In this document: positions 38,401 through 53,300 of the stretch, piece after piece
Position numbering within the stretch: position 1 is the stretch's first letter
Layout of the letters: each line of letters begins with the position of its first letter
The notes under the pieces: model-generated
What the model was told of the DNA's origin: nothing
What the model saw: only the letters and a program-made list of their open reading frames with translations
Databases searched by the model: none
Program-made: the position numbers and the translations under genes
Assembly: GCA_965285935.1 (NCBI GenBank)
Contig: OZ260663.1
Coordinates: forward strand, 91,202,001-91,266,000
DNA from: Ophelia neglecta
Taxonomy: Eukaryota
Length of the DNA stretch: 64,000 bases
Direction of reading: 5' to 3'

Positions 38401-41400
38401 GTTTAGACCTCATACGATTGGTATACTATGTATAAAATGTCGGGTTATTTCCTTTCAAATATTGCCGATCATCGTCCATCTATTTTTATTTGCCGGGTGT
38501 CAATTTTCCGTATATCTGATGAGAAATATACAATTTAACTGATTCGAGATTATTTTCTATATTATTAGCCGTGCTCATATCACATTGAAAATGGCAAGCG
38601 AAACTGAATGACAATTCAGAAGGACGACCATTACTATCCATTTAGTATGGAATGATTCGTGTGTTGTACCCCTTGCATTGTCGGCTTCATGCTTTGTCGG
38701 TCGCCTCAGATACTAATTTACAGGGAGTTGAGCCTCTCTAAGGCAACAAGAGTTATTATTAGCTCTGGTCCGGGAACCAAAAAGGACAAAGTGGATCTTG
38801 ATTTATTGTCCGCCTATTGTCGCTTCATGTGGCAGCTGACCGCATACTACAGGATGAAAAAATATCCTTATGCCGATATATTGAAGAGACAATTCCATAT
38901 TGAGTCAATATGTACTGAGTGTATTGTGTGATGACGTATATTGACAAGGTGTGTTGAAAAGGCAGATGTATATTGAATTCATCACTTCCTATTTGAACTT
39001 GTAGTTTACAAAAAACAGTTCATCGTCAACCATTTTTCCAATGGCTGGTCCTTTTTAGGCCTAACTAGAAAATAAATAGTCAAAATATATCAATTTTCAA
39101 ACATTATGAATTCGAGTATGCATCATATCGAATATTTCGAATATTTTGAAGAATTGGAATATCTCGGAATATTCCTCAACTCCATTAAGCAGGTTCATAA
39201 GAACTTGTTACATAGAATCAGTACAGATCGATCATTCAAGCTTGTGATGAGATTTTAAGCAAATAGACGCTTGCCACATAACCGTTCGGAGCGAGTTTTG
39301 TACGCCGTTTGTTCGGAACTATTAACAATCACGCGGGGCGGGGGGGGGGGGGGGGGAGCGGCAGAAACTCAAATATGGGCAGGAACTCGGTCCATTTGGC
39401 ACATTGTAGTGTGCATTAGTCTCAAGAATTTATTTGAGTGCCATTAAACAACTCTGACCTCTACTTCGCCGATATAAATATTTCATCAGCTGACAGGAAG
39501 AAGGGACTATTTTCAATCGAGTAAGAGTGACCAATTTCGTAGTGCCTTAAGTGCATCCAATTTAAGTGCCTTAAGCCACACGTTTTCTTTCAGTAGATCC
39601 GCATATTGCACACGTGTTAATCTATAGAGACACTACATCGCTCACGAAAACAGTAAAGGTGATATTGGTGGACTACTATAATAGAACGGAATGAATGTGC
39701 AGCTCGGCAATAAATTCGACTTAGTATATAGGAACAATGCACACCGGATTTGTCTGGAAGCGCCTCGATACCTAGGAACTTGAGATAAGTTCCAGTGTCA
39801 ATATCTTTTTCATAAAAGAATGATACACTGTCGTAGTGTCATTCCAAGCCTTTATATTAGCTATGATAACATTATACACAAAGTTAATTTTGATTATCGC
39901 CAATGCCCATCGAAAAAAACCTAAGAACAATAAAGCCAAGCTACTAAACAAGTTCATTTTACCAGGAAGTTACTCTTTATTAACTTTCGCCGATGAGCAA
40001 ATTTGGTGTATATTAATGAGGCAGAATTACTTTCTATGTATGTGAGGGTTAGGCGGGGCATTTACTACATGACTACATATTTACATCAGATTGCTCTCCT
40101 GCCCTCTTGCATAGCTAGCATAGTGTCATGATTCTCTTTATTATTTGTCAGCAATTACGTATCTTTCCAGATATATCACCTAGTGATGTGACCAATGTCG
40201 AGTTTCAATATAAAGTATCATACGACATGTCTCAATAATAACCATCGTAGGGCATTGCTGTTTCTTTTGACCAACCATGTTTCCTTGCAACTGTAAATCT
40301 CACAATAATTTTTCACGAGAAGTCCATCAACTCGGTCTTAAATCATCCGAAACCATTGGCGGTAGTCTTAGGTCTTGTCGAGAGAAAAGGTTAGAAAGTT
40401 TCCGTTGGATGAAAAAACCGATCAATTTAATGTAATGAGCATCTGAATGGTAAAGGTCAAGGTATTTTATTGCCTTCAAACAAGCAATGTACTTTTCTCA
40501 GAGTATATTTATAGCAATTGCCGCCACTCCGTACAATTGGCCAATTTACCGCTGCCTGACTGGCAGCAGGGACCACCTGTGGGTCATCACCATCAAACGA
40601 ATGAACAACTTCCAAATATCAAGCATTTAACACAGTGCGATTCTTCACCTCAGGTCAGACGCACATCATTTTTCATCCAGCATCCAGTAAAGGTTGGATA
40701 TTACTAGCTGATGTTCAATGATTCCACAAATAAAGTTCATGGCAGAAATAAGCTCCTACTATATGCAGTGATCATATTCAGTGCCTATTGATACTGAATG
40801 CTACACAGCCAAGTTAAAGAAGGTTACATATATGAACTATCTTTAGTCGCACAATAGGTGTAATGAGCGATAAGCCAAACATGTTTTCTCTCTATGAGGA
40901 AACGTGATATATTACTCGTAATAATTTGGAATTGTAATGCCGGACTATGTTTTCAGACACATCCTATAGTGTTCAATATCAAGGGGTGCTAATCGTCAAT
41001 TGATATACAAAGGCCGTCCGAATAGTTCAGAAATAAACACCAGCCTATTCATATAATGTAGATGCTGAAGCAATCTTCATTGGTCACATTGCATGTCGTG
41101 TCCTCTTTTCTGCTCGTAGGGAACATCTGCTGTACAGCTTTCATGTCACTGTCTTTCGCACACGAAGGTCGCCAAATGATTTATCTACACTTACCGAGGT
41201 AGGTCAGTGGTTTAGAGTCTGAAATGGCGAGTATAAATAGTAGACTGATCTGTGGGTTGGGTCAATTCTTAAGAATCTAAGACGGTGATTATCAATCAGA
41301 ATGTACTGACAGAAGGAAGGCACTGTGGTTTCTTGGGAAATGTCTGCCAGTGTATTTTTCTTTAGAAGTGTTGTTCACACATGTTGCAACGTGGCACTTC

Positions 41401-44400
41401 AATTTCTTCTTCACATTTTTATCTGTGATTGATAGAGATTATGCCTGATACCTTCCTTTGTTTGTGTATATTGGATAATGCCTTGTATTTCCAAATAAAC
41501 GCATTCAAATTCTATCAAAACTTTCGTCTCGTAAAATATATCAGCACCAAATATTGGTATGTGTATCATTGGTTTGCGAACATGTGTGTCACGATAGGGA
41601 ATTACTTCAATCGTCTGAATAATGACTCTGAAACTCCATTAGGGCCTAAGCTATCTGTGTTCGTTGTGTTTGGAATAGGTGCTAACAACAAATACCAGAA
41701 ATACTTCTTATCATGAGGTATTTATTACAGGCTGGGGTGATTTATAGCTGTGTTTAGCTGTGAACTGTCACTAATATAACTCCCCTTTGACCGCCCTCCT
41801 TTAGTGTTTGTTTTACTTATCTATTTGCAAAGAACAAAACACGCCACCGGTCTCCAATACAGAAATTACTATATCATCCGCGAGACCTGAAACCGTGAAC
41901 GAGACGTATCATGAGGTCTTTTGTTCACCTATTAGTTGATGTAACCCGGTTATAGCTTTCAACAGATGTTCTGTAATCAATCAGTGCCAAGTCAAACCAC
42001 TGAACTATTTTTACAATCGCGCAAATTTTTCTAAACACCTGACAAGAGAATGGGCTTGTCGGCTTCTTACATCCATCATTATTTTTCTTAGTCCCTAGTA
42101 GATTCTCCGGTGGCCTATTTTATCTGTCCTTTGTTGACCACATACACATTTAGTCTGTGCTCTGGAATAAGGTACTGTTTGCTAGTGGTCATTTATTGTA
42201 ATTTGTCACCATTGATTCTGTCACAACCTTATGTTAGGGCTTTGCTGGCTCTCCGTATTAAATAGATAGATAGATATTCATTCACAAATGCAAACAATAG
42301 CAGACACAGTATACAGACACCTTCTCTTACTGTGTAAAAGGACAAAAAAATACAACTCGACAATAGTAGTAATAACAACCCAAACAAAAAGTAAAATATT
42401 AATGGTCTGGCTTAGCGTGCCTGGTATCGACTTTTACTTGTGGCTGCGATTGTTTCAGGAAATAAAAGAATAATTAAGAGTTTAATAAGAGCAAAATATT
42501 TTTTTGGTGGAAGAACACCTGTTCAGATGACACTTACCGATTGATATATTCAGGTATAAACGTTCCTTACCGGTAAACAACAAAGGTAAACAAAAGACAT
42601 TTGGTTAATATACCGCAAACATGACATTCCTTGTTTTCTTCAAATGCCGTGGTAAAATTATTCAACACGATCTATCTATAACAGACAATTAGATACATAC
42701 AATATCAAAATATTTTACACATTTCACAATATTTGCCGAATGCAAAGCCAGGGTACCCTGCACCTCTCAGATTGGTTAATGTCCATAAAATTGATCATAA
42801 AAATTCGCCTAAGAAATGGAAAATATTACATTTAATCTCATTGGACATAGTGCAAACACCTACACAGCCAGCATATTATATACAGCCACATGGCAGCTTT
42901 GGTAATGAATATATATTTGAATTCCTCCTATTTTAAATCCAAGTTATCATCTCTTATTGGCCACCTGTAGCATACGGGATCAAATGTAAGAGACTGTTTT
43001 TACATTCGTTAAGCCATGCATGACCCTGCATCGTCGTGTATCTGCCAAGTGATAAACGGAATATGTCTTCCAGGCAATGCGCTCATTCGGGGTTTATGGT
43101 AAAATAAAACCATGAGAGTATATTCTAGTATACCATTCCACCAATGAAAGTATATTGGATCAGTTAACTCCCCCTTGAGAAACAAGAGTAGTGAGCATCA
43201 ATTTCGGAATGTATTCACACCCCGTTCTAAAAATCTAAAAATGAATACTGGCTCCATGATGGAGTAAATTTGAATTTCAAATGTGCAGGTTTTTTGTTAC
43301 ATTCTCGTATAACCACCGTCGCGATGTCGCAATAAATATTGACGTCTACAAAGGTCAGTGTATCACCTGATGTTTTTTCACAGCAGTAGGTGTGCGTTAT
43401 AAACCACGAGGTTTAAGTTCCTTATAGGCAAGTAGCATATCGTATTCATTGATATTTTCTGCCATCCGTAAACAGCACTTTCGAATAAAGCTGACACAAA
43501 CGGTTGCATATTTTTCCTTTAAACCCCTTTAGACACGGTCGAGCTTACCCCTTATGCATAGTTGGACAATACATCAGATTACTTATTTGATAAAGTGAAA
43601 GAGAATACAACACAAGGCAACTTTTCTTCGATTCGCCCATGCCTGGTCATACATAGTGTAATACTATTTGCGTTTCCCAGGGGTATAACTCATCCACTGT
43701 ACACTGGTATGTATAATGTACATGCCCGACCAAAAAGTATGGTGAATTGCGAGTTATTTGCCTTTTGCATCAGAAGCGAAACATGCTGGAAATTGTCGCC
43801 AAATGGTTGACAATGCCAATAACAAAATGTTGTTTGAAAGCATTATTAAAGCTCACCAAATAGCAGCACTGGCATCTTTTGACAAATGCAGTTTAGTCAA
43901 TCAATTATGAAGCGGAAGATGACCATTCTATTAACTACTCCCGTGGCAAAAAAAAACCCTCTCGGTGAAGGCTTTAACCCAGGCACAGGATCTACAATTG
44001 TTCTTTAAGGCTACAATATATAGATATTAACAGCCATTGTGCTCTAGCCCACCTAGCCATCCCCGCCGTTTATTCATCTTAAGGAATTATTAATGTGGCT
44101 CTGAACACAAAGCAGAAGCGAGTCGTACCAGGGGATATGTTTGTAATAGACAATGGGAGTTCATTGCAATGAACATTGTCAGAAAATGGCGCTTTCGCTT
44201 TGGGAGCATGAACTAACCATTATAATGCATGGAAAATAAAATTGGAAAATAATTTATATGGTAGAAAACGAGTGAAATTACCAACCACTAATTTATCTTC
44301 AGGAATAAGAAAGGTATGCAAATTGTTATATTGAGCGGGGTTGGTTGTGTGTGTGTTTGGGGGGGGGGGGGCTTCTTAACTACATAACTGGGGCTTGTAG

Positions 44401-45269
44401 TCCATCCAACAAATGTCATCTCCGACTAATGTCAAGATTATAAATTATACACGTAAAATGTGATCGGTTTGGTACCAGCTTTTGAATTAGTAGCTAATTT
44501 ACACGTGTTACGCCAGGTGGCCTTTACCTGAGCGCATGAGTATAATAATATTGTCGTTTCTTAGGCCATATTGGTGCTGAGGGCTTCTGCTAACTAATCT
44601 TGGTAATACTAGATGTTCGGTGTTCTGTATCCAGCTTCCATGTAGACATGCAATAGTACGGCATGGGCTTTTCATCCTAACACGAACGTTGAGACATGAG
44701 TGGGAGGTCAGGACAGAACATCAAGCTGCGAAATGGATCATGTAATTGGATAGGGTATCATACAGACGATAGCGCACAGGTTGTTCATATATGAGAGTGG
44801 TATTGGCAGAACAATGTTCTTGTGGCTTTCAAACGTCAATTTTCAGGTCAACCGTGTAATTAATTACTATTAGTTCAGTTATTAATCGAGTAGTTTGCGA
44901 GTTTTGTTTACGTCAATATAAAATGCTAAGTGAATTAACGCAAACTCCCGACTTGTGTGCGTTTAGTACGTTATATTATGGTGTTTCCTGATAAATATTG
45001 ATAATTCACAAGTGTGACTGATTATCCTTTTCGGCAAGGAGACAGCCAGTAAATACCAATATTCAGACGCGTGTAAGGTACATGTATTTCATTATGAGAT
45101 AGTTAAGGCGGGGATAGGATTGGCGGTTTCATATTGCTAGGTGAGCGAAAATAGACCACTTTGATATCTAGGCTAATATAACTGTAAACAGAAACATTTT
45201 GTGACGACATATATATCTCAAATGACTAAGGTGCTGACACATCGGACACAGGACCGTGATGAATAAGAA

Positions 45270-46300
45270 TCAGAATCAAAATTGGTTTATTTGCAACAAA
45301 CATGAATAGAAATGCTATGTGCAAACTAAGGAATATAATGATAGTTAAATATAGCTAAGTAAATATTGCAATCAATAGTACTTTAACATTATTGAAGATT
45401 CAGTTCAAGGTTGACGCCCACTAAGTAGCAACTATATACAGTGGAAGAATATATGTATTTGTCTAATGGCATAACATTCAAAATAATAGAAACAAAGAAT
45501 TTTTTGCCATATTTTAAATGTTTTCTCGAGTCGAACAATTCAATGGGGTGTAAATTGAAGAATTGCTAGTTTCAAAAAAGAGGTTTACGTGCATAACAAA
45601 GAAAGGTAAAATAAAACTGAATGCAAGTAGTCGAACCGTACTAAATTACACACACTAATGGAATAAAATACTAATACAAATTTCCCACGAACACACAGGT
45701 TTCCGCTAGAACGGCCATCGGCGAATGAGCATTCGCTTCAGATATGTTCGCCTTATATCAATACGCTAACTATCAAACCAACTGTACCGCCGTTCTCATA
45801 GTAAATACGACAGATCTTAGTATGGGGTGGCAATACAGGTGCTGATTGGGCGGACACATGATGTTTTATCTCTGACTTGCCACTGCCAGAAGGCCATTCG
45901 CTGGATTATTTCCTGAGACTGTTGGCCTCGACGTGAACCAAAGTGAACCGAGCTTAATCATTTGGTAATGGTCCGATTACTACTATCTATCAGGGCCCGT
46001 AGCTTCAGCAACACTTCATTAAATCAGCCTCACTGACATGAATGAATTCTGATTTGTACTGGGTAAGGCTTGCTTTACTGTAGTGCAGTAGAGACTCATC
46101 CTGGATATTTGCTGTCCCTAGGCGAGATCTTAGCCCACACTTTGTTGAAACAATAAAAATGGGTCAGACATAGAGAGCCGAATGCTTGGACTATATGGCC
46201 CATTTGTCAACAGTCGCTTGCGGCCTTCCTCGATATCTTTACACAATCTTTATCAATGCTTATTGCCTTGATTACATTTAAACAGACTTGAACATATATA
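45270..46300 (-). mobile_element. Highly decayed LINE fragments with 3' tail
   Basis: ATGPD and SEW-like pre-RT motifs, WFDS, and a terminal AATAAA...GATTCTGATTC tail. Confidence 0.4.
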
Positions 46301-47117
46301 CGATAAAAAATAACCGGACGTAGCTGAATTCAATTTAGCTATGATAAAAATATATTGCATAGATGACACGAGTGGCTTCAGCGGAATGTGTGGAGTTTGC
46401 AGTCCACCTTTATGTGGTATGACCTGCAGACAAATCCAATAGAAAAGGGTGGATGCACTGAAGATGGTCTATATAATTAATCAGGATTTTTCCATTAAAT
46501 TGGTCCATTTACACAGGCCTCAGCTTTCATATCCACAATTTCCGTTATTAGTCCAACGGTTATGGACTTGGTGTCATGCTCTCACAGACTGCAACACTAC
46601 GGACCGCGTAGCAAGAAGAGAAGAATGAAGGCAACCATCTCCATGCGATGCCATGTCCCCTGGGCAAGTAGGGGAACGCTACGCTCAGGTTCCTTTTCGT
46701 AACCAGTGGGCCGGTATTAAACCAAATCCCTTAGGGAAATCACCAGATCATTGAGGAAAAGACACAGATCAATATAATCTCGAAGTTATAGTATCTACCA
46801 CTGTACGTGCGAATAAAACAACCTACCGATTCTACATAAAAAATTGATAAATATATTCTGAAAATATCAAAAACCTTACGTTTAAATTGTGAAGCATTAT
46901 TTAATGGCCTGAAAGATATTTGAAGCATATTAGTCATAGAAAGGTCATAGGTATACTTTGTGAACAAAGGCTAAGTCAATTAAGGGCAACAGAAAATTAA
47001 TGTTAAACCAACACAATGTACGTGTGTTTAAGATTTACTTGGCAGTTCATTCCCTAACCGTAAGCATGAAAGAATAATATTTCTGATAGTGATAGTGACA
47101 AGTTAATTGTTCCACTA

Positions 47118-47402
47118 AGGGGCCAACCATTTGATATTGAGGGGGGGGGGAGGGAGGGGGGAGTAAAATTTAGAAGAAAAAAAAGGTTTGGCCTGCTCTG
47201 GACCAAAAAATGTTTGTCACACAGAAAAAACAATTTTGTCTTACACATTGTGAAAAAGTCATAAATGACCTTACAGAAAAAAACATGTTTGGAGGGGAAT
47301 TATGAGGAAAAAAATTGTTTTGGAGGATGCACTTTTTTTTTTACAAAATTCTCACACACACACACCTCCCCCCCCCCCTACATTATCAAATGGTCGGTCC
47401 CT
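47118..47402. mobile_element. ~285 bp MITE with terminal inverted repeats
   Basis: TA|AGGGGCCAACCATTTGATA ... TATCAAATGGTCGGTCCCT|TA; internal G-tract mirrored by a C-tract. Confidence 0.85.
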
Positions 47403-50400
47403 TACTTCTAAACGGTGTCCCCTGTGCCACGTCGAGTTCGCTGAGGCCTCATATTACATATTTGTACAAAATCCTGCTTCTGCAACAGTAAGTGTAACGG
47501 ACATGCTGAAATTTTTAGCTACAACTAGTGTTCTAATATTAATAATCATTTATTAACAATTACTGTTTCGGCGCATTGATAGATAGTATTATGTAGAGGG
47601 TGGCCCCCTCGTTGGCGGCAGCCCAGCAGCCTTAGTGAGTGTCACCCTGTTCATTTCATGTATGTAAAGCTTATTGTGATTGTTTATTGTATGTGTATAC
47701 TCGTGAATGGACAAAATAAAGATATTTCTGATTCTGATGCTATACGGAGCGGAAATATAAACCAATGCAGTAAAAATAACAATTATGTTCAAGGCAAAAC
47801 AGAATTAATGATGTACGCATTTGGAGAAAATAGTTTGGCTTGACCAGAAAGATGTTAAAGTTGAGTCTTGTGGTCCACGATCCACCCGTTTTTGAAATGC
47901 CCTGCATTGTAAGTGTCAAATAAAGGAAATATTAAAATATGTTTGAAAGACGCAATGGGAAAACACATTTCGTGAATACGCGCACATCAACTTAAGGTTC
48001 CCGGACAAAATGGAACCAATTACCCATTAACCTGTATAAGAAGACGTATGCCTTGTTGCGTTACCACATAACTCATGTCTTTAAAGGCAGGCACAACGGC
48101 AATGTAGACCGAAATATTTGCCAACATAAAATTATTTTTTGTTTTATGCTTCCCTAAAAGATATGTTTATATGCATATGGCCAATAAATATATAACACGG
48201 AATTTGAATTTGTACATGCCTGTATTCAGTATAAAACACTGCATTGACAAAGCTTTCCGTCCGATCCTCCGATCTTGCATAAAATGTAAGATCATTTCAA
48301 ATGGTTTCCCTGATCGCATGCATTTAGTCTATTGTCATGTTAACAAAAAAGCACGTATTGACTCGCTCTTCATTCGATAGGCTGAATAAAAACGGAGGTG
48401 GATACCCGGCAGACAATTTTGCAGTTAGCCCAATGGCGTCTTGCCGCTATACTTACATTTGCTGGGACAGTGTTATTTCACTCTCGCCTTACTCCACTAC
48501 ATGATAGATATTCATATGGACGGTATGCAAATGAGGTTGTGGAGACGATACTTTCAGTTATTGCTAACTTTAATCCAAAATATTCCATTAACGTCATCGC
48601 CAGCTGTACAATTTACAACTCTGATAAATGGAAAAATAATGAGATGGTAAAAGATACTACTTTATTACACACGGTATAGAGTAGGCCCATGTTCCTTGTC
48701 CCTACCATGATTAAAAGTAATATATTTATCAGCATGGTGCAGCGAAGTGCAGTAATTTCATATTACTACCTGCTGCCACAGATAATTAAGTTCCCCGACT
48801 ATGAGGAATGCAAAGGTCCGCAAATGCAGTTTTAGAGATTAATCTCAGTATGTGATCAGTTAAAACTAGCGAGAAAAGTAATACTTTTCTCAAGACGATA
48901 TTTATTAGGGTTTTTAGTAGCATGGGCCTGGAGGGAATCAACTATAGGTTTTGACCTCTTTGGCTCTCTTTTCTGGGTTTATTGCCAAAAATATTTATTG
49001 GACAGTGTAAGGTTCAGCGAGTTAATCTCCCCCTTATGAAAATTTTCGAAATTATTTAACATCCTTGCCTCCACCCACTTGGCAAATCTTTGGCGATGGC
49101 ATAATATCAGTCTATTGGGCCTTGGGCAGCATACGTCAATATCATCGAGACAGCTCTTTGGACAGGTCTAGAACGGTTCCGTGTTTAGTATTACGCTGAA
49201 AATTAGACTAAGCTAATAGATGACTAGGGTTCAAACCGATTAAATCGCAAAATTAATGGGGTTTGGTAATGGCGGACATATTATCGTATGCGTACGATGT
49301 CATCCGACATTTAATTATACTGGGTCCGAGCTTATACTGCCTGTATTCGCCTAATTAGATATTCTTAACCGAATATTTCAAACTATTAAGTTAAGGGGAT
49401 GGATTTTCATGATTAAAATATGGAATAGTTTTACATGTGCATGTTTCCTTTTCTTACATTTGGTATGACAGGCTTCAACTCTTAATGTTCCCTGTATACT
49501 AGTATAAGTATATTGAAATCGTGGTCTTTCAATTTAATCACATATTTAATGAATTTAACTGTAAACTGCTGACACTATATCTTTTATCATCATTATCAAA
49601 CTGCGATATAAAACATAGTTATGCTATAGAACAACAACTCATTTTGTTTAGTATTTTATACACATGTGCTTGCCATCTTGGGGCTTTTCAACTACGGGTA
49701 ATTCTTCGTAATCAGAACATCTGCCGTCAATATTTTGTGCTTCTTGTAGGGTGGTCTTTTTGCACCTGTTTTTATTTGCATTGTCATCAAAAGCTTTTCA
49801 ACTGTTTTTTCATACTTCCTTTATTCTCATTTGCCTGCTGCAGCGTCTAGTTTCATTAATTTCACTAATGATTTCCTGTAAAAATAACTTTCCTTTAACG
49901 TAGGTGGAACCCTCAGTGACAATGTTCCGGGACCTTTCCTCGAAATCATTTCAATGCTACTTAGTCTTATTTCGGCATTCCGGGTAACATGTAATTTTTA
50001 TTTGTGGAAAGCATGCGCAATTCTTATATGAATTTATGATTTGAAACGTGTTACAATACGTATCATATTAATTTAAATACCATTTTAATTACTATCATAT
50101 TTACTGTCAATCAATAAATTAATTCTCTTTTAAAGGTCCACAACAAACGTAAACACACACACACACACACACTTAGATAAGTTCAAATTAAGGTTTAGAA
50201 CGATTTCATATGAAATAGATTCGACCCACGAAAAGAACAAGAAAGGTCCAGGCCTGCTGCGTTGCAATTTGAAGTTACCACAGGGTAATCTCTTTCGTAA
50301 AATATTTGTCATGTTCCTGGTCTCAGAGAGTGTCAAAGATATTAAAAAGCTTGCGGTGTACCAAGTTGTTCTCTGCGCTCACTGTGCAACGCCTCACCAC

Positions 50401-50813
50401 AAACAGCCTATTCCGTCTTATAAACATCAATCAAAAAAGGATTTTAAAGTGTGTCTTCCTAATGTAAGTACACTACACAAGGGTCCTTAAGCATATTGTG
50501 CTATCACAGATAACTACTTAATGTGCGTTGACACTTTTTGTTATGTCATAAGTGTCACCTACAAAAAATATTTTGTATGGCAAGTTGAAATTGAATCAGG
50601 TTTTTTTTAGCATTAAGTCTAATTGCAGATTCACAAGATATTTAATAATATAAAAATGAAAATAAACATTCGTGCGTCTTTATATCCTTTATATACTTCT
50701 ATAGAATTACAATTTTGTTCCAATATTGTTAGAACAATAATCTATTTAATTCGTAGAGAATTGTGGGCGTAGAAAGAAGAGTTAAGCGCATAAAAGAGTT
50801 AGTTGCATAAAAC

Positions 50814-51461
50814 TCACTTATAACATGTAGCCTCACACCCTACCGCCTCAAAGTTTTCATCGTCAATCATTGTATAATTAATTTCCTTATATTTAACAAA
50901 GTCTCTCTTCCTATGTTCCAACGCATGTTCTATGACTTTCTTATACACAGGAGGTAAGGGTGCAATGCCTCCAGCTGAGACTAGGTCTTGACAATGAGGT
51001 CCAAACTGCGGTGGCAGCATCCGGTGAAACTGACTTGCGGATATCCCTTGCAATAGAAATTTCTGGTAATCTTCTTCGGCATTCCTTACCATGTCCTCCC
51101 TTGGTGACAGTATTATCTGACCAGTAAGTGTGGCTATGAAAAAGCGAGCTTGCATATCAAAAAGTATAGGCAGTGTCGTCATGCCAACAAATCCCAGGGT
51201 TGGATGTTCTGCGTGGATCACGTGTTTATATAACGGGCTGACGCGATTATCCTTTATCTTCGGTCGGCATTCTAGTGTCAAAAATGGAAAAGAATACAAG
51301 TAGCCAGTGCACAAAATTAATGTATCGATTTCGAGTTCTTTTCCATCTTCTAATACCACACTCCTAGCCTTGACCTCTGTGATACCTGTGCACGTAGTCA
51401 GATTATCAGCGGAAATTTCTGAACTAGCATTAGAGCGGGCGGTGTTTCGGCATTGATATAC
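50814..51461 (-). CDS. FMO exon 5 (C-terminal)
   Basis: TTCCAG|GTA; LCTGYLYSFPFL, PLYKH; spliced CDS totals 1317 nt, open. Confidence 0.92.
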   Translation of the reverse strand, partial: VYQCRNTARSNASSEISADNLTTCTGITEVKARSVVLEDGKELEIDTLILCTGYLYSFPFLTLECRPKIKDNRVSPLYKHVIHAEHPTLGFVGMTTLPILFDMQARFFIATLTGQIILSPREDMVRNAEEDYQKFLLQGISASQFHRMLPPQFGPHCQDLVSAGGIAPLPPVYKKVIEHALEHRKRDFVKYKEINYTMIDDENFEAVGCEATCYK

Positions 51462-51963
51462 CTGGAATCACAATAATAAGTTACATAGCCCTCAAACAAG
51501 GAATATGCCAAGTTAGCCACGCCCGGCGATCGGGATAAAATTGCCAGACATTTAATCTGATTAAGAAAGCTCAATCTAATTGCTATCAATACAACTATCA
51601 CTATTTAATAGTAATATTATAGTTCAATTTATTGCAATAATGAATTCATATAATAAAATGATACTCTTAAGAATGACAGGAATTTATTCATTCTTCTTTG
51701 ATATTGTGTTTATTGAGACTAAATCATCTGTAGTCTGATAAAAATAAGAGCAATTATAAATAAAAACGCGACTTAACTATAGGCATCGTCATGAAAAGTA
51801 AGCCCTCGATTTTTATAAATAACACTTAATATCAACTTTTGTTGGTATTTCCATTTTTTTTTCTATTTTTTATGCGTTTATAGAATACTCTTGGTATTTG
51901 TAGGAACATACTCAATAATCACATTCAGTCCAAACTAGAAATGAGAGGGTAGCGGATGCTTAC

Positions 51964-52141
51964 ATGTTTTGCATAAGACGTCAGGGTGTGGGCAATTTCC
52001 ATTGATGACAGACCTGCAGAGAGTACAGCTACAGTTTTACCGGCGTAGTCCTCTGGGCGTCTGTAGGATCGGCTGTGTAGCAACTCTCCTTTGAACAAGT
52101 CTAGTCCTGGAAGTGCTACCCAATTCGGAGCCCAGTAATGT
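51964..52141 (-). CDS. FMO exon 4 (FMO signature and NADP-binding strand)
   Basis: FKGELLHSRSY matches FxGxxxHxxxY; AAG acceptor; CAT|GTAAGC donor. Confidence 0.9.
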
Positions 52142-52356
52142 CTTAAATTGTTAGTGAAAATACGCTTATTAAGGATTTTATTCCACATGTTTTATTCGGT
52201 TTTGAATGTCTTCTTGGTATTACATGCTTTGTATGCGTATTTTTGCATTGTTATTTTTACTCACGTGATTCCTTGCTACTTCAGGGCTGATTAACTGTGC
52301 AGGTGAATCATTTATAATGTTTTTTTACATAATAAGAATTATTTTGAATAGCCTAC

Positions 52357-52508
52357 CCATTACAGACTATTACAGCATCAAAGTAGTATGTCTTCAACTT
52401 ATCATTGATATGTGTTTCTGGGATCATGGATTGAACTTTGACCTCCCATTTGTGGCCGCCATGGATTCCCTTCTCAATAGGTCTGACTTCAACCACCTTG
52501 GTCTCGAA
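52357..52508 (-). CDS. FMO exon 3
   Basis: TTACAG|TTC; FETKVVEVRP...WEV...FDAVIVCNG|GTAGGC. Confidence 0.92.
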
Positions 52509-53161
52509 CTGTAAATATTTATATCTGGAACTTATTCACACACATTTCAATAGGGCCGAGACGGTCACACGATGTATACGAGTTATTTCTCATATATAAT
52601 GAATTCTTGACATGATGTTGAGTTTTGCCATAAATGTAACAAATGTTGGATACATTTGGTGTTTTACCATGTACCCAACAAGTATTAGGAGCAGGCTGTA
52701 TATTGGGTTTGGAAACTTTATTTTCGTGATTCAGAATGAGGCCTTAGCAGAATCTTTCGTGTAACCAATGAGATGTCATGGCTTGACGCAGCAGACTGGG
52801 AATCTGCCTGCTGCCTTTATTCATTGGTCAGCACATATAGCAATGATTCAGACAACAACCAAAATGCAAAATGGCGGAGCACTATATACGTAGATATTTG
52901 CCCGATAGATATTGAACAACAGATTTATTGCTAAACCTGTTGAGTATATTGTAAAACACCATGTTTGATCTCGAACACCGTGTCGTGCACCAGCCTAGAA
53001 ACGCGTATGCCCTTCAGCCTTGGGTTTCAGGCTATATACGTGTCTAGGCCAGTTTACCACACCGCACGCAAGGTTAATCCGATAGTACTAAGTGGCATGT
53101 TTATAGCGGCCGTGAATGTGAATAACGAGTATGTAAATGTTTACGAAAAGCGTCTTATTAC

Positions 53162-53300
53162 CTGGATATATTTCCTCAGTGATAATTTCTGACTGAAGTC
53201 CTCGTAGTATTGTTTGACGTGAATGTTGTGCACGTAGGACGGGAGCTGATCAGGAAAGGGAAAGCCAGGAAAAGCCATGGTCTCTTTAGGCAGATTCGTT
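53162..53300 (-). CDS. FMO exon 2
   Basis: CTAG|A ACG; TNLPKETMAFPGFPF...KYIQ|GTAATA; not in the ORF track, found by manual translation. Confidence 0.92.

Noticed and set aside
39120-39175. GAATATT repeats as a heat-shock element
   Set aside because: Spacing does not fit three contiguous inverted nGAAn units, and no gene is nearby
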